A stretch of DNA of 63,634 bases, filler included, from Sphacelaria rigidula (Eukaryota), in the NCBI GenBank assembly GCA_964200075.2. It is 9 parts of 9 records of this genome, joined end to end, with 100 filler letters (N's around TTAATTAATTAA, not from the genome) between each part and the next. Parts side by side here need not be neighbours in the genome. Positions count along the whole stretch, not along the records: positions 7,083 to 14,064 come from CAXNAA020017095.1; positions 14,165 to 21,146 come from CAXNAA020017096.1; positions 21,247 to 28,228 come from CAXNAA020017097.1; 6 more parts are not named here. One strand, written 5' to 3'. Of this stretch, positions 13,976 through 26,652 are shown in pieces (position 1 is the stretch's first letter; every line of letters starts with the position of its first letter). The translations under genes were made by a program, and so were the position numbers. The notes below the pieces were generated by a model, which saw only the letters and a list, made by a program, of their open reading frames with translations, did no database searches and was not told the DNA's origin.

Positions 13976-15308
13976 CCCTGTCCTCCAGCTAGGCATCGAC
14001 GAACAAGGAAATACTTCCACAGGCGGGTACAACACACATGGGGGCCCGGAGAAGTTTCTTTCCANNNNNNNNNNNNNNNNNNNNNNNNNNNNNNNNNNNN
14101 NNNNNNNNTTAATTAATTAANNNNNNNNNNNNNNNNNNNNNNNNNNNNNNNNNNNNNNNNNNNNAACCCCACCGGGGGTCCGCCCCTACAAAGGCGGGAC
14201 GGAGCACGCCGGGTTCTCGCCGGACCAGGCTGGGGGGGGGTATGTGGTTGCACGGAAAAAGAGGCTTGTAAGTGTGTCAGGCGACCTGCCACACTCCCGG
14301 TGCGGTTGCAATTGGTTCAAAACGGTGTCGATCGGTATGAATGAGCGTTTTATATCTGTAACAAGCTCGTTCGAACAACCGTTGTTGCTTTCAACGACGA
14401 TTTGACATGGAATTTCGTGCAAGAAGTGGCCCAAAGTCCCCCCCCCCTATCGTCGGATGACTCGGAGGGTGTGTATGCAGACTTCTGCGACACGGATAAA
14501 ATATGGCAAGAGGAGACAACTGAGACTCTCAACACTTCGACGGTGTCGCCGAGCGCGCAATAGGCCCCATTGAGTCAGCTGGCCTTGCGGGCCGAACCAG
14601 AAGATTCCTAACGGTGGTAGTCCGTGGGCGGACCAAGCGTACTGAGCGTGCAATTCTTTGAACTGTACCGCAACCTCGGCTAACCCGGGGTACAAGACTC
14701 CACCTGAGATGTGGCACGGGTCGCTACCGGGCAGTAGCCTGATTCCTTTTCTGAAACCTGGATTGTCTGGGGGTAAACAACCGGGAAAACTACAGCCGAA
14801 CGCACAGAGGTGCTGATACCTCAGCCCAGTCCCAGGATACCAAGGCGATGCCATGCAAGTGATGACCGAAACGGGACAAAGTCTTACGATCAGACATGTA
14901 CCATGGGCGTATATTCCCCCCACCCCCTGTCCCGCACAAAAGCAAGCAATCCCGACGCCTGGCCAAGCGAGAGATGACCACGTCGTAGGAAGGCCAGTCG
15001 ACAGCGAGTCTGTGGAGCAAATGGCGGACATGGGGTCTTCACCCAACGGTTCCCGTCCTGTGTCGTTCTCCCTATCCACTTCCGAGGGGGTGTACTCACG
15101 ATGTTGCATTCCGTAGTCATAAGACCATGGACTCCGCATCCCTACAAAGCCCGGACGGAGCACGTCGGGATTTTGCCGGACCAGGCTCGTGTACTCACGA
15201 TGTTGCATGCCATTGACCTGGCATCCCTACAAAGCCAGGACGGAGCACACCATGGTTTCGCCGAACCAGGCTTGACAACGTTTTCTTGAGATTGAAATCT
15301 AGGATATG

Positions 15309-15418
15309 CACTGGTGGCCACTGGGGTGCCTGTTACCTGGAGTTTGGACGCCATAGACACTGTGTAACGTGTGTAACGTCCAAATTTGAGGTTACAGGGA
15401 CCCCAGTGGCCACCCGTG
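15309..15418. mobile_element. Short CAC...GTG MITE with 2-bp TG TSD, nested in another MITE
   Basis: TIR core GGTGGCCACTGGGGT...ACCCCAGTGGCCACC; TG on both flanks; same family as 31901-32189. Confidence 0.75.
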
Positions 15419-15980
15419 TGATTGAGAGTGAGAAGCGGTGAATTAATTAATGGAACAGTGTCAATTCCGAAATACCCCTCCGGGCCGCATATACGTTTTC
15501 TGTAGTAGCTTGCCACTGAAGCCTTTGATATCCCCGAGTAGGATATCGATGTATAGCTGCAAGCATACGAGAGTGTTGTAGGTAAATAAAAGCACACGCA
15601 AAGTGCAAACCTGGTCAAATTAAAGCGAATAACGAAACTCACTTGCAATCAACGCGAGACTATCTATCCTTTTCATAAAAACATTGTTAGTCGCAATCCA
15701 TCACCAAGCGCGAGGCGCCGTAACGTGTTCGGCGAGTCGTACGAAGGGCGAGCTGTATCCTGATGTGATTGTTCGACCCGGAGCATACTGATCATTTTGC
15801 ATGCACATGGAGGGCAGCCTTCAAGGAGTTGCTTCATTCTCTGGTATCGACACTTACAGAGATAGCCACGGCTTACGCACTTTTTCATCGGTGTGTCACG
15901 TCGGTACGTCGGAACTAGGCAACGCCACGCCGCGAACCCTCTCTGTTGGGGGGTGGGGTGGAGGGTGGAAGAACTTCAAA

Positions 15981-16407
15981 CACGGGATTATACAAGTTAG
16001 GGATGGACCTCTTACTTGGGATGAAAACTCGGGGGATGAAAATCTTCGTATCCACACCAAATCTTCGAAGTATGCTTCCATTTCTTCACTTGCTGGTAGC
16101 TATTGACAACTACTACACGCCGTACAAATTTGAATTTCGATAACCGAAATATCGCGGTCCTAGGTGAAAAATCCATTTTGGGGGATTTCAGTTGTCCGAT
16201 CGGACGTCAAAGTTGATTTTTCACCTAGGACCGCGATATTCCGGTTATCGATATCCAAATTTATATGGCGCGTAGTCTTTGTCAATAGCTACCAGCAAGT
16301 GAAAAAATGGAAGCATACTTCGAAGATTTGGTGTGGATACGAAGATTTTAATCCTCCGGGTTTTCATCCCCAATAAAAAGTCCATCCCCATTTTGTAAAA
16401 TCCCGTG
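15981..16407. mobile_element. Foldback MITE (CACGGG...CCCGTG, ~190-bp arms)
   Basis: Almost the whole element is an inverted repeat around a ~45-bp core; second copy at 33185-33610 with the core reversed. Confidence 0.88.
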
Positions 16408-18109
16408 TTTTCACTCTTCCCTTGCGGCAGCGGGGAAGGCGGGGCAAAGTTACAAAATCTCGTTCAAGATCTCATCGATGATCGGGGCTTGTCGCCGTCT
16501 ACACCGCCGTCGGCGGCGACGCCATCCAAACTGCCATTCACACCGCTTGGTCAACGCAGGGCACATTAACATCAGCAGCACCGCTTACACCACTGCCGCC
16601 TACAACACCAAGGACGCCGACGGAACAGTCGCCCGCACCGCCGCCATTGGCGGCGCCGTCCACACCACTGTCAGCAGCGCAAGGCAAAACAACACCAGCA
16701 GCGCCACCCACACCCCCGCCGCCTACCACGCAATCGATGCTTACCGAGCATTCACTCGACCCACCGGCATCGTCATCACCTCTACTCTCGCTATCGACAA
16801 CACCGCCATCCTCGCCGTCGACGGCCATCGAAACCCCGAGCAAAACGGGGGGGGCTGAACGATGAACTGTCTCTGCCTCCTCAAATGGCAGGTCGCACGC
16901 GCAGTGCGATGAGGCGGCACAAGCGGGCGGGCGAGGAGGGGGTACCGGCCACAATAAAAGCACATAAGTGGAGTTCGGGGAGGTGGAAGAAAAGGTCGAG
17001 GAAGCGAAAGCACAAAGAAGATTCTCAATAATACTTGCGGAAACGTAGGGAAATATGAGATGACGAGATTGGTGACAACGCTGGGCTGGCGGGAGAGAGG
17101 TACTAGACGACCGGGATGATCACAGCTGCAGCCCTGCAGGAATTTTCAGAAGTAGTTTTCATGTATGTATGGGGCAGCCGTGTTTTTTCACAATACTAGT
17201 CGTTGTCAACCGCCAAGGCTAAGTATTGTCGATGACCGAGAGGGCCAAGGAATGTCTGTCTTTTCAGCAATCAAGACGTGTGCTGGAGCGTGCGGCAGAG
17301 TACGACACTGTTTTTCATGAGGACAACGAGGGGGCTACGACCCTGGCCGAAAACCCTCTCAGTTCAGGCCGCAGCAAGCACATGTATAGACATAAAATGA
17401 TGTTTTATTCCAGGCTTAGTGAAGTTGAAAGCCATCAAGATAGTGCACGTAGATTCAGAGCGACAGCACGCTGATACCCTGACGAAACCACTCCCAGTCA
17501 CGTTTGTCAAGAGACAGCGAAGCACCTTGACGAATAGGGGAGATGGTGAGTGGGTACGTAAGTTTTCGGTGACTTTTGTCGATTTTTAGCTCTAGGCATT
17601 CCAGGTCAGTTTTTGCGTCATGTATCCGTGCGTATGTCGGGTACAGCCGCCCACGCTACTTTGTCGGCCAGGGTTATGTAGGATGTTTCTGGACGAAAGA
17701 GCTGTTGGATTCAAGCACAATCGTCGGAGTTTGTGCCAAGGGGGTTTTGCTTGGAAGGACGAGTTTCTCCCTTATTTCTTTCTTCTCAGAGAGAGCTTTA
17801 AGCACTGAGGTATCACATCACGGGGTGTTTTTCCGTGCTTAGATAAAGTCAGCAGGATCTTCGTAGAACAAGTGGATCAGGGTGACGTACGAGTCCTGAA
17901 AGTCAAGTATGTGCGGATGATGTGGGATGATACAGTGGTCACTCGCTTGGATACTCCCCATCTTCGTCACTCGTTTACTTCTCTCCAACTGTACTCTCCC
18001 GAATTATAGCATTACTTAGGTGCTCCCTGATGAACAATATAAACCATCTACCCTGTGCTTGAGCCAACGAATACTTGTACTACTGGGAGATAACCGGTCA
18101 TCGACAGGT

Positions 18110-18410
18110 AACAACGTTTTCGTGAGATTGAGAAGTAGAATGCTGATTGAGAGTGGCTTTGATCATTCGCTTTAACTTAGCCAATTTTTCATTTCGTGTG
18201 TGCTTTTTCTTGTCTCTATCAATAGCGTGTGCTTACAGCTACACGTCGATATCCTACTCAGGGATATCAAGGGCCTCAGTGGCGAGCTACAAAATGAAGC
18301 ATATCGGGCCTCACGGAGGTGCATTTCGGAACTGAAACAATTCGGTCACTAATTGACTGTTTTTCGCTCTCAATCGTATCCTCTACTCTCGATCTCACGA
18401 AAACATTCTT
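18110..18410. mobile_element. ~300-bp MITE with AACAAC...GTTGTT-type termini and 4-bp TSD
   Basis: TSD AGGT here; copies at 45597-45893 (TSD AACA), 53458-53757 (TSD CTAC) and 15274-15688 (interrupted, TSD not preserved). Confidence 0.88.
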
Positions 18411-18431
18411 AGGTGTGGTGTGAATACGTCT

Positions 18432-19104
18432 TGTCACGGGTGGATAACAACGGGTATTTGATCATAAATAGATTGTCCTGTGCCCAGGGCGCTTCCAATT
18501 TCAAACAATTTTGTGTTTGTGACTTTGCGGTCTTGGATTGCGGCGGGGAAACCGGAGTGGTCTCAGCTGGGCCCTTTCTAGAAGTGGCTCTAAAATGAAG
18601 GTGTGCCGCACGCACCCGGGGTATGGTGATGGGTCGTTTCACGGAAGCGTAAAGTTGTATTGAAGCATAAATCGTGTTCGTGTTATCGCCATCGCCCTAC
18701 CTTCGCAAGGGCCCGCAGCAAGCCGGCGCAAAGACGCGAGCCGTTTCCCGGCAAATTCAAGTACACTCATTACCATGCCTGTCTTCAAGTACACGTACAG
18801 GACTTTCTTCCCTGTATGCCATAGACTATAAGCTGCAAACTGCTGTTTCTCGGGTAGACAGGAGACAGCGTCAAGCGTCAAGCAACTGCACGCTGGGCCG
18901 AAGGGGCCCATATCGGGATATGACGGCACGACCCTGTTCCTTGACACGTGATCCGTGCACAGGGACAGCTGGATACGACTGGTGAAGTCGATTAAAGGAC
19001 ACGGTCGAGCCGATCATGTTGTTGCAGAAGAGTAGTACTATATAGCTAGACTACGTGAAGAAGAGAAGGAAGCGAAGGAAGGGAACGAAGAGAACGAAGT
19101 GACA
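18432..19104 (+). mobile_element. Possible isolated LTR
   Basis: TGTCAC...GTGACA termini immediately followed by TGG (PBS-like); no TSD and no partner LTR in the contig. Confidence 0.35.
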
Positions 19105-20281
19105 TGGTGTGGCTACCCAACACCGTCATAAGCCTCTCAACCAGGCATTGCGTACGTGAGTACAACACATACGCCTACTATGGTAGCAAATCCCACCGCA
19201 TGTAACTGTCAAAACCCGCGTGAATACAGGTACCTCTGTACCGTGGTTGATCAGTACTGTAGACTACACTGAAACGATGTTCACTCGAATACCCCCCTTG
19301 CACTGGCATTTTAGTAGCAGGCTTACAGGAAAACAGTCCATACAATGACAATTTATCATGTGAGCAGGGACATCTCTCCACACTGCACAGATCACGAAAC
19401 AGGTACTTTCGGGAAAAGATCGAAACCTGCCCCCAGAGACAATATATGCCAGAATCATAGGTGTTCCTTTTTAAACAGCCCCCCCCCTCCAGTTAATTAA
19501 CCGTCAATGCCGCAAGCCGATACCAAACGCACTTTGGCACCTCTCGTGTTTCCACCTTTATTTTGATTTGATTGATTGATTCCTGCACTTCAACTGACCC
19601 CCCAGGGGTCCAGCCGTGGTCTCATGATAGATGTACTTAAGAAAAAAGAAAACTGAAACACGCTCTGAGAAAAAGAAGGAACAGAAAAAAAGGGGCGGAC
19701 GAACAGAACGACATAGCAGACTAAGTCGTAACAAAAAAAGAAATAAAAATTCAACACAACCAAGGCACAGAAAGAATTGGCCGACCTAAAACAAAAAAAA
19801 AGGAAAAGAAGAAAGTACAGAACAAATAAAAAAAGCAAAATTGGAGGAAAGGCCCAAGGGATTCAGGGCAGTAGAGTAGATACAGACATTTATAGCAATC
19901 GAAATCAAGGGGAAGTTGAGCAAGTTCACGAGGAGAAGTGCCCCTCTCTATTCTGTAATAATGAAGGACCAAGCAGTATCATCAAACCAAGAATTTTGAC
20001 TACGGAGTATATGTCTTAGGATTCAACTGGTCGTCATCAGTCACATGGATACTTCTGTACTCCACTGAGATAAATAGATACCGATATCATCTGTACAATC
20101 AAGCGAGGGGTATAGCGTCCTACCCGCACTGCACTTATCGAGACGATCTTTACCATTTGTCAAGAACCATACTAGCTGGGAATGGTGCCCCGTGCCCCAC
20201 ACCCCACAGGTGACGAAGAACAAATGGGATATATTTGACTGGGTCGGTTTTTCATGTGAACATGACCCCAGCGCCAAAAAG

Positions 20282-20920
20282 ATGGGTCTATCCGCAGATA
20301 AGCAGGTGACGGAAATACATGCCACGATCAACCAACCATGGATCTATCCGCAGATAAGCAGGTGACGAAAATACATGCCACGATCAACCAACCAAGTGAG
20401 GGATATTCAGCCTACACTCCAAGGGAGGGTGGATTGTGCAATACTTTTAAGCAATCGATATACCTACCCGTCAACCAACCAAGCTAGGAAACATCAACCT
20501 ACATTCCAAGGGAAAGCAAATGGTGTAACACTACAACTTTGGGAACGGTACGTCCTTGTGAAGAGGTTTCAACATCGGTCACCTTCCGACATCATCATGC
20601 CATGGAGTCATACACCCGATATGACAACAACTAACATCATCGTCAACCCGCCAAGTCAGAAAAGCGGTAACCTACACTTTCAGGGATGATAAAAGGCGCA
20701 ATTCACTGACGTTGAGATCGGTACATCCCGGTAAAGAGGTCTCTACGCCAGCCAATAAGGTCATCGACCTACTGACATCATCATGCAATCGAGTCATTCA
20801 CCCGATATGACAAGAGGCACACTTCATCGTCAACCTGCCAAGTGAGAGAAACGGCAACCTACACTTTCGGGGATGATGAAAGGCGCCATTCATCAACGTT
20901 GAGATCGCTATATCCCTGTA
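20282..20920. repeat. Degenerate tandem duplications
   Basis: 56-bp unit twice (20282-20393), then ~190-bp related units sharing GACATCATCATGC, CACCCGATATGACAA and GGYAACCTACACTTTC. Confidence 0.75.
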
Positions 20921-22606
20921 AAAAGGTATCAGACAACAGTGGATCCTAGAAAATGAGGTCGATACAAAATATGTGGTTGAAGTGGCATTTCTCTCTTGCA
21001 GGGAAGACGCGAAACACTAGCGACTGAGCGAAGCCATCTTCCTCCCCAAAGGTCCGCAGCAGTTGACCAGCTGTGGCTAGGTGAGCAATGCTACGGTAGG
21101 GGTGCACTTTTTTCGCGAAATTTTGTCTGGTTCAGGGGCTCCTAACNNNNNNNNNNNNNNNNNNNNNNNNNNNNNNNNNNNNNNNNNNNNTTAATTAATT
21201 AANNNNNNNNNNNNNNNNNNNNNNNNNNNNNNNNNNNNNNNNNNNNTCTCGTTGTGCTCGGCTTTTCCCATTTCGATTTACGTGAAGAGTTTGCTTCCCG
21301 AAACCATGCACTTTTTCGGAGGGGGCTACCGTAGAAAGCATCATAAATGATCCACCCCCAATTTGTAAGATCCCGTGTTCGTAGAGCACTCTCGTCCCAG
21401 CTTGTAGTGCATGACCTCCGCACCTTGGATAAAAATAATTCGGAAAGCCAATCGTACTCTGCCGAGGTGTTCACGCGACCAGCGTGTGCTCCAGATTGCA
21501 GCATGGACGGACTCCTACGCGCCGCGCTAGCAACAATTAGGTCACCACCATAGGTCTCTTTTTCACTGCGCATGTCAAGAAGGTCTCTACAAGTAAGTGT
21601 TTGATCTCTCATACACCCCCTTCAACTGGTGTGTGGCACGTTGTTGTGGTCGGGCACCCAGAGGGTCAGATGTGGGTAAAATCAACGATGAATAACACCC
21701 CCCAATTTCAAATTGAATCTATTTGTTATTGCCGCACCACCGCTCTTGCTGGCATGTGTGTGACAGAGAACAGTAGTAGCGGTGACGGGAACATTGCCTT
21801 GGTTTTCAACGACATGTTTTTCAGCGCACAGAGGCGCGTCCTATCCAAAAGGAGAGGCAGCGAGAAATCGATCTTCGCATTGGTGAGCTCGACAAGCAAT
21901 TGTAAAAAGAGACGGAATCTCTCCGCACGTCGATGTTCTAGCACATGGAAAATTGGGCACATGCTGGTATTATAAGATGGATGATGACAGTTTCTCGAGC
22001 GATTGGTAATCGCCGAGCGAGGACACGCAAAGGACACGGGCGAGGAGCTTCCTCTCTGTCGTTGCCTCTCTCTCTGGTGATATCGTCATCGACACGCGTG
22101 TACACCGCATTCGTTAGGTGCACCTATAGACACAGCTGCTTAAGTGCTGCGGACATTTTTCGGGGATTATGGCTTCGCTCGGTCGTAAGTGTCTCGCGTC
22201 ATCCCTGCAAAAAAAAAGTGTCACTTCAACCTCATTTTTGAGATGGACCCCATTTTTCAGGATTCGCTGTTATATGTGGGCGCATCAGCCGGGGCCACAC
22301 AGGAAGGCGGCCAACGCAAAAGCTATTTATTTTTTTCTTTTGTTCATGTACTCCACCCTCCTTCTGCGGTGATTGCCTGAATTTTTTTCGCGAAAGGGAT
22401 CCAGCGGTCCCTTTCCCTCGTCGACCGTGAAGTCGATTTGTTTTTTACCAACATTCTCCATCGCCGAAATCATACCTTACTACTGTACTCCTGAGGGGGA
22501 ACGGTCAAACTAGATGCATGCTGACGTCACAGTCAACGAGGGAACGGGGCCGCTGAATCCTCTCACGATAAGAAGACGAACACCGCAGAAGGAAGGAGGA
22601 GTATAC

Positions 22607-23368
22607 CAGAGGTGTCTCAGACACGGTTCCCGGTTTCCTGGTTTATTCGCTGGCTCTGAATTTTGTACTATTTTTTCAAGTGAAAGTGATGGCAATTCAG
22701 AGGAGGACCTGATCTGGCGGTCAAAGGGTCTCATCATCTCTGATGAATCACTATCACTTCCACTTGAAGAAATAAAACGAAACAAACCAGGAAACCGGAA
22801 ACCGAGTTTGAGACACAGTAGTGGGCGGTCTAACTATTCATTTTGTGATTTTTCGTGATTTTTCGTTAATTGGCGATTTTCTTCGGCTTTTTTCGCTTGC
22901 CACCCCTTATCACATCGGGGATCTGAAGATATTGGTATCCGCTCCACATTCCAGGAAGGAAAAAATATCTGTACTCAATATTGAGTAACTTAGGGGCTGA
23001 CCGGTCATCGGGGGTCCTGCCACGTTTCAGCCCAGGTTCTTACTCTTCTGTATTTTCGGTCGATCGAGCCCGTCCCGATCACATTTTCAAAGATGTGTGC
23101 AGTGCTTTTTTTTTCATTATGTCTACTCAGTGCACGAAAGCCTAAAAACTGTGTTTAGCGGTCAATAACACCCTCCTGATGAACGGGGCATTTACTCGTT
23201 CCGCTGGATAAGACCAACACTGACTTGGGCAATGTGTTTCAAAGATGATCTGTTTTTTTGTGTCAAAGTCTACCGACGCTAGCAATTACGGGTTCTATCG
23301 AAGAGTAGTACGCGGGGAAAACCCCAAAACACCCTTAAATAGTTCGACCGCCCACTACTGCACCTCTA
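22607..23368. mobile_element. Nested MITE pair: 545-bp CAGTAG...CTACTG element (22816-23360) inserted in the right TIR of a CAGAGGTGTCTC element
   Basis: Outer TIR AGAGGTGTCTCAGACACGG / CCGAGTTTGAGACA[insert]CCTCT; inner TIR CAGTAGTGGGCGGTCTAACTATT / AATAGTTCGACCGCCCACTACTG; CA duplicated at 22814-22815 and 23361-23362. Confidence 0.85.
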
Positions 23369-25388
23369 CTAAAAACATGAATAAAAAATCAAGGCCTGTA
23401 GCCAAATGATGCCAAGCCGTAGGTTTCAGTATAATCGCAGGCATGATTGGAGCAGTCGCAGGGGACAGGGAATCCTGGATTGATGACCCTCATCTGTGTG
23501 GCCCCTTGCTGTCTGGCTCTTGATGTGATCTGTTGAGGATCACTCTGTGATACAAGCGAGAAGAAAGGACTTGTCGAGCACGAGGCCAGTCCTACTGGAG
23601 GAGTCCCTCGTGGATAGTCCTCTAGTCCAGATCATCTAGTAGAGGCTAATATCGAGATCATATTCTTCCGGCCCTCTGTTAGAGGAGTTTGGGCTGAGGA
23701 GACACGTTGGGCAGCAGCATATAGCCAGTTTAGCCCGAAGACAGGATGAGACCAACTTGAAGCGCACAGAAGAGGGGGACGCTCCGTGAGCTGGAGGGCG
23801 CACAAGTCAGGCGAGAGTCTCTCCGTGAAGTGTTTGAAGTATAGACGGCATGGCTCAAGCGGCGGCGCCGCCGCTGGTGTTAGGTGAGCCACTACAGCCG
23901 CCAAAGTATGGAGACGGAAGAGGCATGACGGGTTTTTTTTCGCAAGATATCTTGAATGCATACAGCGGTGGAGTCTCGCGAATTCACAAGGAATTATATG
24001 GCATGAAAGAGGAAGCATAGGGCAACTCATTGCTGTCTACATTCACCGCTGCTTCGAAGACATATACAAGGAGGGTCGGGCTATGAACCCCGACGGATTG
24101 CTTGATGCTGTGAAGCAGCATGCCGGGTATACTACAACCGGTGGAAAGCATGACGCTACGCGGGCTGCAGCAATCGACTACGCGAGAGTCGTCCACTCGC
24201 GCGTGTTACAACTGCGGCGACACCGGACATGTGGTCAAGGACTGCCCCAAGCCTCGCGCTCAAGGCGCGGCACAAGGCAATGTACGAGATTTATCAAGAC
24301 CACGCGGCGGTCGTCAGGATGGACGAGGCCGTGCCAATCAGGGACGCGGGCGCGGTGGCCGCGGTAGCAAGCAATCGGCGGCGGATGGTGGTTCCTCCGC
24401 TGCTGTTTCTTCCACTACGTCATCAGGTGGTAACTGCGGATCTTATGATTCGTCCGTAGCGGGGCGGACAGTGTACGTGGGGAATGCAAATACTTTGGTG
24501 GGGAGTGCTGGAGGGAATAGCTTGCAATCTCTCAGCCAGGCAAGATCCGTGTCTGCTGCATTCCCTACTGCTGCGACGGCTGTAACAGCGCCGTCTGCAT
24601 ATTCGGCGACTTGGTCTGTTTAGACCGACGATTCGCAGCTATCGATTCCAAATGCAGGAGAGCAGACCTGGCGTCAGGTGACTCTTGGGATAGAACAGGA
24701 TTCTTCGGTAGGCGTGGTACCTGTCGATCGCAAAGGTGAATGCTTACGCGCAGATTTAGCCTTGCCTGGTTCTGTAGGTTCGTTCATGGCCCGCGTTACT
24801 CTGCATTCTGGGCCCGAGCTCACGTCGATCGGTGTGGGGTTGCTAGAACAGATGTCTTCGCAGTTTGGCGGCGCTCAGCTTCAGATTCCGTTCGAAAACG
24901 GACTGCAAACGGCACAGACCACCACGGGTGCTCCCGTGACGGTTACACACAAAACGGTGCCGATTACTGTTAGCATGCGTACGCCGTGAGGGGTTGTACA
25001 GTTGCAGCCCATTACGTTCGCTGTCCTGCCCGGTAGGGACAACGTGGTTATATGTGGGATGGCGACAATCAAGGAGCTTGGGATTGATGTATATCAGCTG
25101 GCGATGGAGAAGTTGCGCCCGCGTGCTGTGCCGGTGCAAACCGGCGTGGAAAACCACATTCACCTTGCTGCAAGTCGTGTGATCGTATCCATACGGTCAT
25201 TCCAGAGCGCCAATGAGGAAAAGGCTCCTGCTGATGAAGCGGTAGAGCGCTTGGTCGATCGAGGGCCTGATATGTTCATGGACCCAGCAGAGGAGAGAGG
25301 TGCACGAGAACGTGCGCTTGAGGATAGTGTGCGGTAGGCCGAGCAGAAGGGCCTGAGCGCCGATGGCGCACATTGTCTGCGCGATATT

Positions 25389-26255
25389 TTGGCTCGTCGC
25401 GTAGACACATTTCGCCGTGCGCTGCGTGGTGATCCGCCAGCGCGCGTTAAGCCCATGAGGGTGCAGTTTAAGCCCCAGGCAAATGCGGTGAAGGCCGAAC
25501 CCAGACGGTACGATCCGGTGAAGACCGGGTGGATTGCCTCATGCACCGCAGCTTTGGTGGCGTTTGGTTTAGTGGTCAGGGACATCCAGGCTGTGTGGGC
25601 GAGTCCGGCGATGGCGGTGCCGAAAAGGGACACATTCCGTTTGATCAGCGACTATCAGGCGGTGAACGCGCAAGTGGAACAGTCTTCGGGGGTGGCGCCA
25701 AGCCAAGAAGACATGCGGGAGTTGCTGGGAGCCCAATGCTTCGGTGAGTTGGACCTGCTCCAGGGGTATTGGCAAATGCCTCTGGCGCCGGAAGCTCAGG
25801 AAATCTTCACGATCGTCACGCCGGACGGTTCGTTTACGCCTACTCGTGTCCCGCAGGGCGTGTTGAACGCCACGGCGTATTTCCAAGGTGTGCTAACGGA
25901 CACTGTGCGAGGTGTAGATTGTAAAGTGTGGGTGGATGACGTTTTCTATTTTGCTGAAACCGAAGAAGCACTGTTAGCTTTGCTTGACAAAATTCTTGGC
26001 CGCCTGACGATTGTTGGTTTGTTCGTCGCTGCGCATAAGTATATTGTTTTTGCACGCGAGGTGGTTTTGTGTGGTAAGGTGTACTCCAAGGATACTGTTT
26101 TGCATGATCCCGTCCGTATTCAAGGTTTGAGCAATGTGCGACGTCCTCAAAACGCGAGTGAGCTGATACAGTTTCTGCAGGCGGTGAATTGGTTGCGGAC
26201 TTCCCTCCCGCGCATGGCGAAAGTAGTTGCTCCGCTTCGAGTATTTCTGGAATAA
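25389..26255 (+). pseudogene. gypsy reverse transcriptase domain
   Basis: WASPAMAVPK, RLISDYQAVN, LDLLQGYWQMPL, RVPQGVLNATAYFQ, WVDD; flanked by in-frame stops. Confidence 0.93.
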
Positions 26256-26447
26256 CTCACGGTCGGGGCTTCGCGTCAGACCAAGCGGGTGGCGGGTAAT
26301 CGTACCATTCCGGAGGACGCTTGGACGGAGGATCGTGTGCGGGCATGGCGTGCTGCGCAAGATTTGGTGGCGCAAGCGGTGCCGCTGTATCATCCTCGTC
26401 CAGGGTGCGTTGTTCTCATGTTTCCAGATGCTTCGGAATTTCACTGG

Positions 26448-26652
26448 TGTAATTCGTAAGAGGACCGCGTGCTTAGAGGACCGCGCCGTAGTTCAAAACA
26501 CCTCAGGATCGACGTTTTTCAGAATCAATCAGGCCAGTCCCTGCAGGTACCACGCCCCTGACCCTGACCCTAACCCTAACCCTAACCCTAACCATAGGGA
26601 TGTTCAAATTTCGATGCGGTCCACTAAGCACGCGGTCCTCTCACGCATTACA
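26448..26652. mobile_element. 205-bp TIR element carrying (CCCTAA)n, inserted in the gypsy RNase H
   Basis: 37-bp TIRs with 3 mismatches, TGTAAT...ATTACA; CTGG duplicated; excision restores GAA TTT CAC TGG GGT AGT (EFHWGS). Confidence 0.92.

Larger units (their letters stand above)
14450..17545 (+). mobile_element. Second copia relic (integrase end, Pro-rich linker, RNase H), internally deleted and interrupted by MITEs
   Basis: 14530-14970 is homologous to the reverse complement of ~740-1200 (FDGVAERAIG, PEMWHG, PFLKPG); 16860-16915 matches 205-255; RNase H motifs EDNEGATTLAENPLSSGRSKH and QHADTLTKPL at 17320-17500. Confidence 0.8.

Noticed and set aside
19990-20045. Hammerhead ribozyme on the minus strand (CTGATGA CGAC...GTC AAAA)
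   Set aside because: The essential GAAA core is not intact and stems I and III could not be built by eye; an Infernal search would be needed.
24621-26255. Programmed stop-codon readthrough, alternative genetic code or RIP-like mutation in gypsy pol
   Set aside because: The four stops are of three kinds (TAG, TGA, TAA), each one common substitution from a sense codon, and frameshifts and insertions also occur: ordinary decay.
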